Assembly (NCBI GenBank): GCA_008369845.1
Contig: MRSU01010312.1
Location: forward strand, 62,001 to 83,510
From: Trichomonas gallinae
Taxonomy: Eukaryota
DNA length: 21,510 nucleotides
Reading direction: 5' to 3'
Each line of letters starts with the position of its first letter. Positions within the stretch are counted from its first letter, which is position 1. The position numbers were made by a program, and so were the translations under genes. The notes below the pieces were generated by a model, which searched no databases, had not been told where the DNA came from, and saw only the letters and a program-made list of their open reading frames with translations. This document shows positions 8,736-17,734 of this stretch, piece by piece.

Positions 8736-11700
8736 TCATTTTGTAGCCTTTCCAAGCGTCAACTTCTGTGATGGAGCACCACTTTCGATGACTATTTCGG
8801 CATCAGCATTTATCTTGGGCTGATCTTCTTTCTTTTGTATTTCGGATTTCCTCGTTTGATTTTCATTTTCGTCGTCGTCAAAACCTTCATTCAGCTGTCT
8901 CTGAGACCAGAAGTCGGGTATTTGGTCTTGTTCTAACTCTTCTCTTCCTTCGCCGTCATCCATGAGTCCATCATCATCGAGCATGTCAAGCAGCATGTTG
9001 TTTGGAATGTCTTCGTAGCCTTCTGGGATCTCGTACATAGTCTTTCCATCTCTCGACCTGATGTAGTTCTTGTGCATGTCAGGGAAGACTATTGCCATGT
9101 CTACGTCATCAGGAGCGATGAGATCGTTTGCTATTCTCGGAAAATCGAGTTCGTCTGCTGTTTTGTGGACAGCTGTCTTCCCGACAACTGGCTTCTTCTT
9201 TCCCGCTGAGATCATGTCAGGCATCTCAACGCTCGGCTCGATTATGGACTTCTTGATGGCTTCGCGCTTGTTCATTTGTGCTTCGTATTCCCGGAACTGT
9301 CCCTCCGAAAGATCAGCTGATGATGTGTCGAATGACATGAATGATGTAATGTTAATCGGTTTCTTTGGGAGGGACTCATTCGCTTTTGGGCTATCGTCCT
9401 CGTCTTTGGTGAAAGTGACAATGCTGTTGATGTTTTCTTTCTCTTCTTGTTCTTCTTCAGCGAAAAGGGCATCGATTTCGTCCATGTTTTCCTCAGGCCA
9501 CTCTTCCTCGTAGTCTTCGGATGGCATGTCCTTGAATTTGAGCATCTCTTTCATGCGCTGCGATTTTTCTTCTTCGGTTTCTTCCTTCATTTGTGCAGCT
9601 CTTGCTTTCATTCTCTTCTTTCTTTCCTCTTCTTCTTGTGCCTTCTTTTCTTCTTCCTGCTTCTTCTTTAATTCTTCTGCTTCCTTCTTTGCCTTTTCTT
9701 CAGCTTCCTTCTGTTCTCTTAATCTCTTTCTCTCAGCAAATTTTCTTTCGGCTTCTTCTTGCTCTAATTCCTCTTTAGATTTCGGTTTCTCAGCAGCTTG
9801 TTTCTTTGCCTTTTCCTCAGCTTCCTTTTGTTCTCTAAGACGCTTTCTTTCAGCAAAAGCTTTCTCAGCTGCTTCCTGTTCTAATTCTTCTTGAGACTTA
9901 GGTTTCTCAGCAGCCTGTTTCTTAGCTTTTTCTTCTGCTTCCTTCTGCTCTCTTAATCTTTTTCTCTCAGCAAAAGCTTTTTCTGCAGCTTCTTGCTCTA
10001 ATTCTTCTTGTGATTTAGGTTTGGCTTCTTTAGCATCTTTCTTTGCCTTCTCTTCAGCTTCCTTCTGTTCTCTTAGTCTTTTCCTTTCAGCGAAAGCTTT
10101 TTCTGCTGCTTCTTGCTCTAGCTCTTTGTGTGATTTAGGTGTTTCGGCTGCTTGTTTCTTAGCTTTTTCTTCAGCCTCTTTTTGCTCTCTAAGACGTTTT
10201 CTTTCTGCGAATGCTTTCTCAGCTGCTTCCTGTTCTAATTCTTCTTGAGACTTTGGCTTCTCAGCTGCTTGCTTCTTTGCCTTTTCTTCTGCTTCTTTCT
10301 GTTCTCTTAATCTTTTCCTCTCTGCAAATTTTCTTTCAGCTTCTTCTTGCTCTAATTCCTCCTTAGACTTTGGCTTTTCTGCAGCTTGTTTCTTAGCTTT
10401 TTCTTCTGCTTCCTTCTGTTCTCTTAATCTCTTTCTTTCAGCGAATGCTTTTTCAGCAGCTTCTTGTTCTTCTTCTTCCTTTGATTTTGATTTCTTTTGC
10501 TCTTCTGCCTTCTTCAATCTTGCCATTTCTTCTGCAATAATCTTCTGCTTTTCAGTCATCATCGCCGCTTCTTTCTTGCGTCTCTCCTCTTCTTCTTTAG
10601 CTCTCTTTGCTGCATTTTCTGCATCAATCTTCGCCTGTGCTTCAGCTTCCTTCCTCGCTTTTTCTTCAGCCTCCTTTAGCTCTCTTAATCTCTTTCTCTC
10701 AGCGAAAGCTCTTTCACCTGCTTCTTGTGCATCGAGTTCTTCTTGTTTCTTTCTGTTTTCTGCTTCTCTTGCTCTCATATTTGCCTGGATAATCTTCTGT
10801 TGTTGGAGTTCTCTCTTCGCTGCGCCAGCATCTTTGCTTCTTCCTCCAGTCATGTCTCTGATCTTTCTTGCTTCTTCTTCCTTCTCCTTTCTCCTTCTTT
10901 CATCTTCTTCTCTCTTCAGCTGCATCTGTCTCTCAGCTTCTCTTGATGCTGCTTCTCTTACAAGTCTCTCTTCTTCAAGCTTCTTCTTTCTCTCTTCCTC
11001 AAGTCTCTTTTGTTCTTCTTCCTTCCTGAGTCTTTCCTCTTCTTCACGTTGTTTCCTCTTTGCGATTTCTGCTGCTCTTCTTTCTCTTTCAGCTTTTTGC
11101 TTTTCAGCGAGAGACATTCGCTTTGTCTGTGCTTCCATTGGTTTGTGTGGTTCTGCCTTTGGCTTCGGTTTTTCTTCTTCTGGCTTCTGAGCTGGTTGAT
11201 CATTTTCATGCTGTTTCTTCTTCTTGGCTTCAATTCTCTTTCTAACAATTTCGTCGTGTTTGGCGAGTTTTTCTGGTGACAAAGAAGCAACAAGTTCTTC
11301 ACGTCTCTTTGCAACCAATGCACGCTTAGTTCTCATTGCTTCTATCTTGTTAATTCTCTCTTCCTCTGCATCCTTCTCTGCCTGTACTTGTTCGCGACGA
11401 GCGACTATAGCTTTCTCGATTTCTTTCTCCATCTTCTTGTGCTGAGCTTGGATCTTCGCTCTGGTCTTCTCGTTGATCTTCTGGAGTGAATCTTCCATGT
11501 TGATGTCCATTAAGATCTTTGTGACTTTATCATTTGGCATACTAGCTTTGAACTTGTCGCATTCAGAGATTAAGTATGGATCATCATAGAATTCATTAGC
11601 GAAGATGTCTGGGAAGAATTCGTGGAGATCTTGATATATCAAGCTATTCTCTGGCCAAAGAGAGTTATAGAACTTATCATATGAAATGAAGTATTCTGGC

Positions 11701-14700
11701 ATTTCTTTGATATGCTTGAGTTCTGCTTCAGTATTTGCCTGCTTTTCTTGCTCGACTCTGATCTTTTCTTCTTCATTATCCAGCCATGTGAAGTCTTCTT
11801 CCTCTTCGAATGGGACTTCATCCTGTTCTGGTTCTTCTTCATCTTTCTTCTCTTCTTCCTTCTTTTCTTCTGGTTTCTTCTCTTCTGGCTTCTTTTCTTC
11901 CGTCACGAACATGATGCTTGGTTCGTTCTTCTCCTTTGGAGTGTAAAGAGGCTTTTGTGGTTCTTGTTCTTTGGCTTCTTCTTCAACTTGTTCTTCCTCT
12001 TCAATGATTTGTTCTTCTTCTTCTTCAGCTGGCTGTGGTTGTTCTGGCTCTGGCTCAGGTTCTGGTTCTGGATAAGGCTCGGGTTCTGGCTCTGGTTCTG
12101 GTTGTGAGATTGGTGGAATTGGAGCAGGAACAATCTTCTTTGGATCGTTCTTGTGCTTGTGGTTGTAGCGCTTTGTTGCTATCTCGTACATCTTCTGCGC
12201 TCTCTGCGTGTGTTCTTGAGCGAGCTGTGCAGCGATATCTTCGAGAACTTTCCTCATCTCTGAGTCAGCGCGTCCGAGAAGGTCTCTGTCGATGAATCTG
12301 ATTCTTGGGAATGTCTGGCATGGCTTGGAAAGAAGAATTTCATCTGGGTCTTCATCTGGATCTGGATTTTCTGGAGTGAGGGGTGGAAGTGGATACTGAG
12401 ATTTGGCTTGCTTTCTGGCTTTCTCGCGTTCTTCTCTCTGCCTTTGTTCCTCGAGAAGGGCCCTGATTGCTGCTGGAATTGCATCTTCACCTCTGAGTTC
12501 GATTTCTTCTTCCTCCTCCTCTTGTTTCTCCTCCTTCTTTTCTTCCTCTTCTTCATGCAACAAGAAGTCAAACACGTCATCATTATTGCTCTTCTTTGGT
12601 TCTGGCTTCTTAGGTTCTGGTTTCCTCTTTTCAACTTTCTTTGGTTCTTCTTTCGCTGGCTCTGGCTTCTTTTCTTCCTCCTTGGCCGGTTCTGGCTTCT
12701 CCTCTTTCTCCCAGTCAGCGACAGTATCTTCTTTCTTCTCTTCAACAGGCTTCTTAACTTCTTCTTTAATGGGCTCTGGCTTCTTTTCTTCGACGACTTT
12801 CTTTGGCTCTTCTTTAACCGGTTCGGGCTTCTTTTCTTCTTTCTTCTCTTCAACAACCTTCTTACCTTCTTCTTCTTTAACAGGCTCTGGCTTCTTCTCC
12901 TCAACTTTAACTGATTCAGGCTCCTTTTCTTCTTCAACTGGTTCTGGTTGAGTTTCTTCAACTTTGACTGGTTCTGGTTGTTTTTCTTCTTCGACTACAG
13001 CTGGTTTTTCTTCTGGTAACTGCAGATTTTCTTGTGCAAGCTGTTGCTGGAGCTGCATCTTGAGCTGCTGTTGACGTTGTTGCTTCATCTGTCTTCTGGA
13101 AAGTTTCTTTGGCTGCTTTTCGTGCTTCTCTTCCTCTTCTTCTTGAACTTCTTGTTTCTCTTCCTCTCTGTTGCCTCCGACTCTGACTCTCTTCTTGATA
13201 GTGATAATCTTCGTCTTCGGCTTCTTGTTCTTTCCTTTGCCTACCCATTGGCCTGGCTCAATGACTTCTTCCTCTTCATACATGTATTCATACTCATCTT
13301 CAGCCTCAACCAACTCTGAGACTCCTGTCTTGACAACGTATGGCTGTCCCTCTTCTTCCTCGTCTTCTTCGAGCTCTTCTGCAATGGCATTGACAAGGAT
13401 GTTCCTTGCTCTCTCTTCTGCTTCTCTTCTTGCTCTTTCTTCTGCCTTGAGACGCTTTTGCTCAGCCATCCATTGAGCTGTAATGATTGGCTGCTGTTTC
13501 TTCTTCTGGTTGGCGATCTTCCTCTTTTTCTTGCTTTTTGACTGCTTCGATTCTTTTTCGACTTTCATCTGCTTTCTCAGCTTGTTGAACTTCGCGAGAT
13601 CCTTGTCGTAGTTCTTTGCGAAACCTGTTAACGTTGCCTCGTCGAGAGAATCTCTGCGCTGCCTCTTCTTGACGATTGGGATTCCATTTGTGTCGACTTC
13701 GTTCTGCGGGAACATAGCAAGAGAACCTTCGAAGAGTTTCTGGTCTTTCTTGAATGCTTGTTCGCCTTTGTACTGTTCGACAGCATCTGGGAGTGGGACA
13801 TCTTCTGCCATGGAGATCCAGTTCTGGTGAGATTGATCGTAGTAGTTCTGTGTGAAAATGGATTCTTCGAACTCTGTGCCAACGAGTGATGGCCTTGGAA
13901 CTGGTGTGTCATTGACTCCGAGAAGTGTTCCGAATGTTGTTGGGGTGAAAACTGTCGTCATCGCCCCAAGATATGTATCTTTCTTCTTGCCCTTTGGCTT
14001 CTGGTGGCCAGATTTCTTCTTAAGGTCTGCTGTCTTGTTGTCCTTATCTTTGACCTCAAGTTCTTTGACTTGACCTGTTGGTCTTTCAACCTTAATCTCT
14101 GGTGTTGCATCGGCTTTCTTTTCTTCTGGTTTCTTCTCATCAGCTTTCTTTTCTTCAGTCTTCTTCCCTTCGGCTTTCTTCTCTTCAACTTTAACTGGCT
14201 CTGGTATCTTCTCTTCAACCTTCTTCTCTTCGACCTTCTTTTCCTCATCTTTAACTGGTTCTGGCTTCTTTTCTTCGACTTTTGCAGGCTCTGGTTGTTT
14301 TTCGTCAACTTTCTTCTCTTCAGATTTAACTGGTTCTGCTGGTTTTTCTTCGGCTTTCTTTGGTTCTTCTTCAGTTTTATCTGGTTGTTCTTTAGCTGGT
14401 TCTACGGCAGCTTCTTCTGGTTTCTTTTCTTCAGCTTGTTCTCCGCCTTCTTCTGTCTTCTTTGCTTTCTTCCTCTTCTTGACGACCTTCTTGACAACAC
14501 GGATAACATATTCTCCATTCTCATCCAATTCTGCACCCTCTGGTGGAACGAACTCTCCATTTTGTGGAGGATATTGACCATCCTGTGGAGGATATTCTCC
14601 ATTGTTGTAGTATTGACCGTCTTGTGGCGGGCATTGGCCATCCTGATAGTATTGACCATCCTGTGGAGGATATTGGCCGTCTTGTGGAGGATATTGGCCA

Positions 14701-17030
14701 TCCTGATAATATTCTTCATTGTTATAATATTGACCATCTTGTGGTGGGTATTGGTCGTCTTGATAGTATTGGCCATCTTGTGGTGGATACTCGCCGTTGT
14801 TGTAATACTGTTGATTTCCGTCATCATAATATTGCTGCTGATTTCCGTCATCATAAAACTGCTGCTGATTACCATCATCGTAGAATTGCTGTTGATTTCC
14901 GTCATCATAATATTGTTGTTGGCCATCGTCGTAGAATTGTTGTTGGTTGTCTTCACCACCATCGTAGAACTTGTTGGCGTCGTATTGCTGTTCTTCTCGA
15001 TTCTGAGCATTGCTGTTCTCTCTCTTCTTCCAGTCTTCTTCTGTTGCGAACTCTGGATCGAAATCATCCTTCTTAGCTGGTGTCTTTTGTGTGGCTTCTT
15101 TCCTCTTCCAGTCGTCAGCTGTTGCATACTCAGGATCGAACTTAGCATTCGGCTCGTCATCATTGTACAGCGATGAATTGAACGGCGGCGCGTCTGATTT
15201 AACGTATCCTTCTCTCATGTGTGGAGGTTTGTATGATTTCTTCTTCCAGTCCTGGTCATCATCCTGCTGTTGTTGTTGTGCAGGTGGTTGTGACTGTTTC
15301 TGTGGTGGAGGAGCTTGTTGTTGCTTCTTCCATTCTTCTTCTGTTGCGAACTCTGGATCGAAGTCGTCTTGTGGTGGTGGAGGTGGGCCTTGTTGTCTGC
15401 GAACTGGTCTGTTTGGCGGCATCTGTTGTTGTTGAGACTGTTGTGATGGCGGCCTCTTGACGTCGCGCGATGAACTTGATGGTGCTTCGATGTCCGAATA
15501 CTTTTCTTCGCGTGAGTGCCTTGAGTGATGCCTCCTGTGCGGCCTGTAGTTCCTGTCGTACTCCATGTCGTCTGAATACTGCGGGCGAGGTCTGCGCGAG
15601 TGACGCCTCCTTGGATAGTCATCGTAGTCGTCGTAATCATCGTAGTACCTAGAGTGGTGATGGTGGTGGTGGTGCCTGCGCCTTGGCTCTTCATCTCTGT
15701 GTCTTCGAGAATGATGTCTGATTATTGTCATCGTTGGCTGGTGCTGAGAGAATGTGCGCCTGTCTGTGACTTTGAGCTGCTGCTGTGGTGCATCAAAGTC
15801 AGAATCTGAGTCAATTGGAGGTTGAGATTTGAAAGTTTGGTTACCGATTTTAACGATAAGTGGATTGGTATTCTTATCGTCAATAACAAGCTTTGTGCGC
15901 ATTGGCTGCTGGAAAACTATCTCTTCATCACTTGATTGTTGATATCTTGGGAACGGATGTGGATTTAAGTAGCCAATTGTGAGTGGAGCTGGTGTACTAA
16001 ACTGGATGCTCTGCGGTTCTGGGTCTTGTGGAAGCGGAATTCTTGGATCACGAATATGATCTTTGATTTGTTGAACGTATTGTGGTGTTAATGGTGTCAT
16101 TTTCTCATCAAGATTGAGATCTGTAACAGCTTGTATCAAGTCTTGTGGAATTTCATCGAGAATTTCGTAAATATAATCATAATTAACGAGATTTGGAAAA
16201 TGACGAATGAAATCTTCCGGAAATGCATATGCGTAATCGTAAAGAAGTATTTCGACTGGATTGACTTCGCTTTTCTTTTTCTTTGATGATGAAGATGAAT
16301 GAGAAGAGCGATGCTTAACATAAGGACCTCGTTTAGCTAAGTATTCGATAATGCTCTTATCTATCTTTACAGGTGGATCTGCTTTCATTCCATAACCGAG
16401 ATTTTGTGGAGCCATGTAATTTTGATCGAAAGTAAGGTTTGAGCGTTGTGGAAATTGAATGTATGGCGCTTGTGATAAGTTTGGTATATGAATTTCTTGT
16501 CTTGGTGCTGGATTTGGAATTGTAAATTGACGTGAATTTGATGCGTTAGGTAATTCGACTTTAAAACCGTATTTTGATGCTGTACGAACTGAATTATCCA
16601 TATTCATCATTGTAGGATTCATCAAATTTTGTTTTCTCGTTGGAAATTGCGCGCTAATTCCGTGTCTCTCAGCTGCTTGGATTGCATTATAATTATTAGG
16701 TATAGCTCCAGGAAATTCAGCGCGTATTCCATATTGCATTGCTTTTTGTGCAGATAATTCCTTGTTTAAATATGGTTGTGCGAATTGGGACCGATTTCTA
16801 TTAGGCAAAGTAACGTTCATGCCATAATTAGCTGCTGCTATCTCTCCTGACGTCATATTTGGCGCATTCTGTTGATATTCAGCAAATTGCTCATAAGAAA
16901 TCGTGTTTGTATTGAATGAATTCGCAAACGCACTTCTTTCTTTGTTTTTCGTAGGTACTGCAACGTGAAAGCCGTACATTGCAGCCGCCCTTTCGCCGGA
17001 ATTCATTCCAGAAGTGTATCTTAAATTCAT
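8736..17030 (-). CDS. Giant (~2764 aa) modular low-complexity / charged coiled-coil protein of unknown function
   Basis: 8.3-kb stop-free ORF. The first ATG is at 17030, with an alternative at 17006; the track start at 17036 is TTG. It contains His/Arg-rich, Gln/Pro-rich, Tyr/Gln/Asp/Gly, KKPEP-type and E/R/K helical segments. No signal peptide or TM segment is visible. Confidence 0.85.
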   Translation of the reverse strand: MNLRYTSGMNSGERAAAMYGFHVAVPTKNKERSAFANSFNTNTISYEQFAEYQQNAPNMTSGEIAAANYGMNVTLPNRNRSQFAQPYLNKELSAQKAMQYGIRAEFPGAIPNNYNAIQAAERHGISAQFPTRKQNLMNPTMMNMDNSVRTASKYGFKVELPNASNSRQFTIPNPAPRQEIHIPNLSQAPYIQFPQRSNLTFDQNYMAPQNLGYGMKADPPVKIDKSIIEYLAKRGPYVKHRSSHSSSSSKKKKSEVNPVEILLYDYAYAFPEDFIRHFPNLVNYDYIYEILDEIPQDLIQAVTDLNLDEKMTPLTPQYVQQIKDHIRDPRIPLPQDPEPQSIQFSTPAPLTIGYLNPHPFPRYQQSSDEEIVFQQPMRTKLVIDDKNTNPLIVKIGNQTFKSQPPIDSDSDFDAPQQQLKVTDRRTFSQHQPTMTIIRHHSRRHRDEEPRRRHHHHHHHSRYYDDYDDYDDYPRRRHSRRPRPQYSDDMEYDRNYRPHRRHHSRHSREEKYSDIEAPSSSSRDVKRPPSQQSQQQQMPPNRPVRRQQGPPPPPQDDFDPEFATEEEWKKQQQAPPPQKQSQPPAQQQQQDDDQDWKKKSYKPPHMREGYVKSDAPPFNSSLYNDDEPNAKFDPEYATADDWKRKEATQKTPAKKDDFDPEFATEEDWKKRENSNAQNREEQQYDANKFYDGGEDNQQQFYDDGQQQYYDDGNQQQFYDDGNQQQFYDDGNQQQYYDDGNQQYYNNGEYPPQDGQYYQDDQYPPQDGQYYNNEEYYQDGQYPPQDGQYPPQDGQYYQDGQCPPQDGQYYNNGEYPPQDGQYPPQNGEFVPPEGAELDENGEYVIRVVKKVVKKRKKAKKTEEGGEQAEEKKPEEAAVEPAKEQPDKTEEEPKKAEEKPAEPVKSEEKKVDEKQPEPAKVEEKKPEPVKDEEKKVEEKKVEEKIPEPVKVEEKKAEGKKTEEKKADEKKPEEKKADATPEIKVERPTGQVKELEVKDKDNKTADLKKKSGHQKPKGKKKDTYLGAMTTVFTPTTFGTLLGVNDTPVPRPSLVGTEFEESIFTQNYYDQSHQNWISMAEDVPLPDAVEQYKGEQAFKKDQKLFEGSLAMFPQNEVDTNGIPIVKKRQRRDSLDEATLTGFAKNYDKDLAKFNKLRKQMKVEKESKQSKSKKKRKIANQKKKQQPIITAQWMAEQKRLKAEERARREAEERARNILVNAIAEELEEDEEEEGQPYVVKTGVSELVEAEDEYEYMYEEEEVIEPGQWVGKGKNKKPKTKIITIKKRVRVGGNREEEKQEVQEEEEEKHEKQPKKLSRRQMKQQRQQQLKMQLQQQLAQENLQLPEEKPAVVEEEKQPEPVKVEETQPEPVEEEKEPESVKVEEKKPEPVKEEEGKKVVEEKKEEKKPEPVKEEPKKVVEEKKPEPIKEEVKKPVEEKKEDTVADWEKEEKPEPAKEEEKKPEPAKEEPKKVEKRKPEPKKPEPKKSNNDDVFDFLLHEEEEEKKEEKQEEEEEEIELRGEDAIPAAIRALLEEQRQREEREKARKQAKSQYPLPPLTPENPDPDEDPDEILLSKPCQTFPRIRFIDRDLLGRADSEMRKVLEDIAAQLAQEHTQRAQKMYEIATKRYNHKHKNDPKKIVPAPIPPISQPEPEPEPEPYPEPEPEPEPEQPQPAEEEEEQIIEEEEQVEEEAKEQEPQKPLYTPKEKNEPSIMFVTEEKKPEEKKPEEKKEEEKKDEEEPEQDEVPFEEEEDFTWLDNEEEKIRVEQEKQANTEAELKHIKEMPEYFISYDKFYNSLWPENSLIYQDLHEFFPDIFANEFYDDPYLISECDKFKASMPNDKVTKILMDINMEDSLQKINEKTRAKIQAQHKKMEKEIEKAIVARREQVQAEKDAEEERINKIEAMRTKRALVAKRREELVASLSPEKLAKHDEIVRKRIEAKKKKQHENDQPAQKPEEEKPKPKAEPHKPMEAQTKRMSLAEKQKAERERRAAEIAKRKQREEEERLRKEEEQKRLEEERKKKLEEERLVREAASREAERQMQLKREEDERRRKEKEEEARKIRDMTGGRSKDAGAAKRELQQQKIIQANMRAREAENRKKQEELDAQEAGERAFAERKRLRELKEAEEKARKEAEAQAKIDAENAAKRAKEEEERRKKEAAMMTEKQKIIAEEMARLKKAEEQKKSKSKEEEEQEAAEKAFAERKRLREQKEAEEKAKKQAAEKPKSKEELEQEEAERKFAERKRLREQKEAEEKAKKQAAEKPKSQEELEQEAAEKAFAERKRLREQKEAEEKAKKQAAETPKSHKELEQEAAEKAFAERKRLREQKEAEEKAKKDAKEAKPKSQEELEQEAAEKAFAERKRLREQKEAEEKAKKQAAEKPKSQEELEQEAAEKAFAERKRLREQKEAEEKAKKQAAEKPKSKEELEQEEAERKFAERKRLREQKEAEEKAKKEAEELKKKQEEEKKAQEEEERKKRMKARAAQMKEETEEEKSQRMKEMLKFKDMPSEDYEEEWPEENMDEIDALFAEEEQEEKENINSIVTFTKDEDDSPKANESLPKKPINITSFMSFDTSSADLSEGQFREYEAQMNKREAIKKSIIEPSVEMPDMISAGKKKPVVGKTAVHKTADELDFPRIANDLIAPDDVDMAIVFPDMHKNYIRSRDGKTMYEIPEGYEDIPNNMLLDMLDDDGLMDDGEGREELEQDQIPDFWSQRQLNEGFDDDENENQTRKSEIQKKEDQPKINADAEIVIESGAPSQKLTLGKATK
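9672..10493 (-). repeat. Seven tandem 39-aa (117-bp; one 40-aa) repeats KPKSQEELEQEAAEKAFAERKRLREQKEAEEKAKKQAAE
   Basis: Read directly in the translation: 822 nt = 6x39+40 codons. An eighth degenerate copy (EAGERAFAERKRLRELKEAEEKARK) lies near 10650-10730. Confidence 0.95.
14553..14990 (-). repeat. Tyr/Gln/Asp/Gly-rich tandem repeats: QQQ[FY]YDDG(N) x5 followed by [YC]PPQ[DN]G[QE] x7
   Basis: Visible in the translation and as ~27-bp and ~21-bp DNA units. Confidence 0.9.
15021..15368 (-). repeat. Three dispersed copies of the peptide motif FDPE[FY]ATx[ED][ED]WK[KR]
   Basis: Copies at 15324-15368, 15099-15143 and 15021-15068. Copies 1 and 3 share a near-identical ~38-nt DNA stretch exactly 300 nt apart. 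Confidence 0.9.
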
Positions 17031-17734
17031 CAACAAAAAAAAATTAAAAAGAAATCACAAAAATGCTGTGTATTTGTATTCCTCATTTATTATAGATACT
17101 AAATCTTTAATCTTAATCTTTAATCTAATGCGAAAACTGTGAAATCTCAGTTATCTGACGATTTTAATATCAAATTATAGACTTTTAGAAGATTATGTAT
17201 AATTATTTGAAATAAGAAATATATTCACAGTCAATCGATAAAAAATTTAAACTAAAAATGATTTTACACTATCTATATCAATATTGCACTAAAAATTGGC
17301 CATTTATTTTAATTTTTTTTGGAATTTGATATTGAAAAACCATCAATACTGCATTTTATCATTTCAAACTTAGTTGGTTATATTCTAACTCTACATGCAA
17401 AATGTATTGGGCTTTGGGTTTGTGAAGTTACTGATAGTGATTTCTAGATTTGATTCAAATAATTAAAAACTTTTTAGGAACAATAATATTTTAGTGGGCT
17501 GAATCTAGATTTAATATAATTTTGTTCAAACTCCATTATTTAATATCAGCAAAAAATGAATTTATTACATTAGATTTAATAAAATCTAGCAAATTACCAT
17601 GATTTTTTGGAAAAATTACAAGATTAAAATTTTCAAAAATTGGAATATAAGCTTAAATCAATAAGTAGATTCAGAAAATGCAAAAATCAAAATACGAGAA
17701 TTTACAAAAAAGTGGGCGACCATAAAAATATATA

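Noticed and set aside
14553..14990. Short regularly spaced DNA repeats that superficially resemble a CRISPR array
   Set aside because: The units are in-frame coding repeats with synonymous variation and no unique spacers. There are no cas genes and the context is eukaryotic.
9070..15809. Many antisense and alternative-frame ORFs over the giant gene, including 14004-15176 (+, 390 aa) and 14402-15163 (-, 253 aa)
   Set aside because: These are shadow ORFs. GAA/AAG-rich repetitive coding sequence lacks stops in other frames and yields F/L/S-rich or K/R-rich translations, mostly with non-ATG starts.
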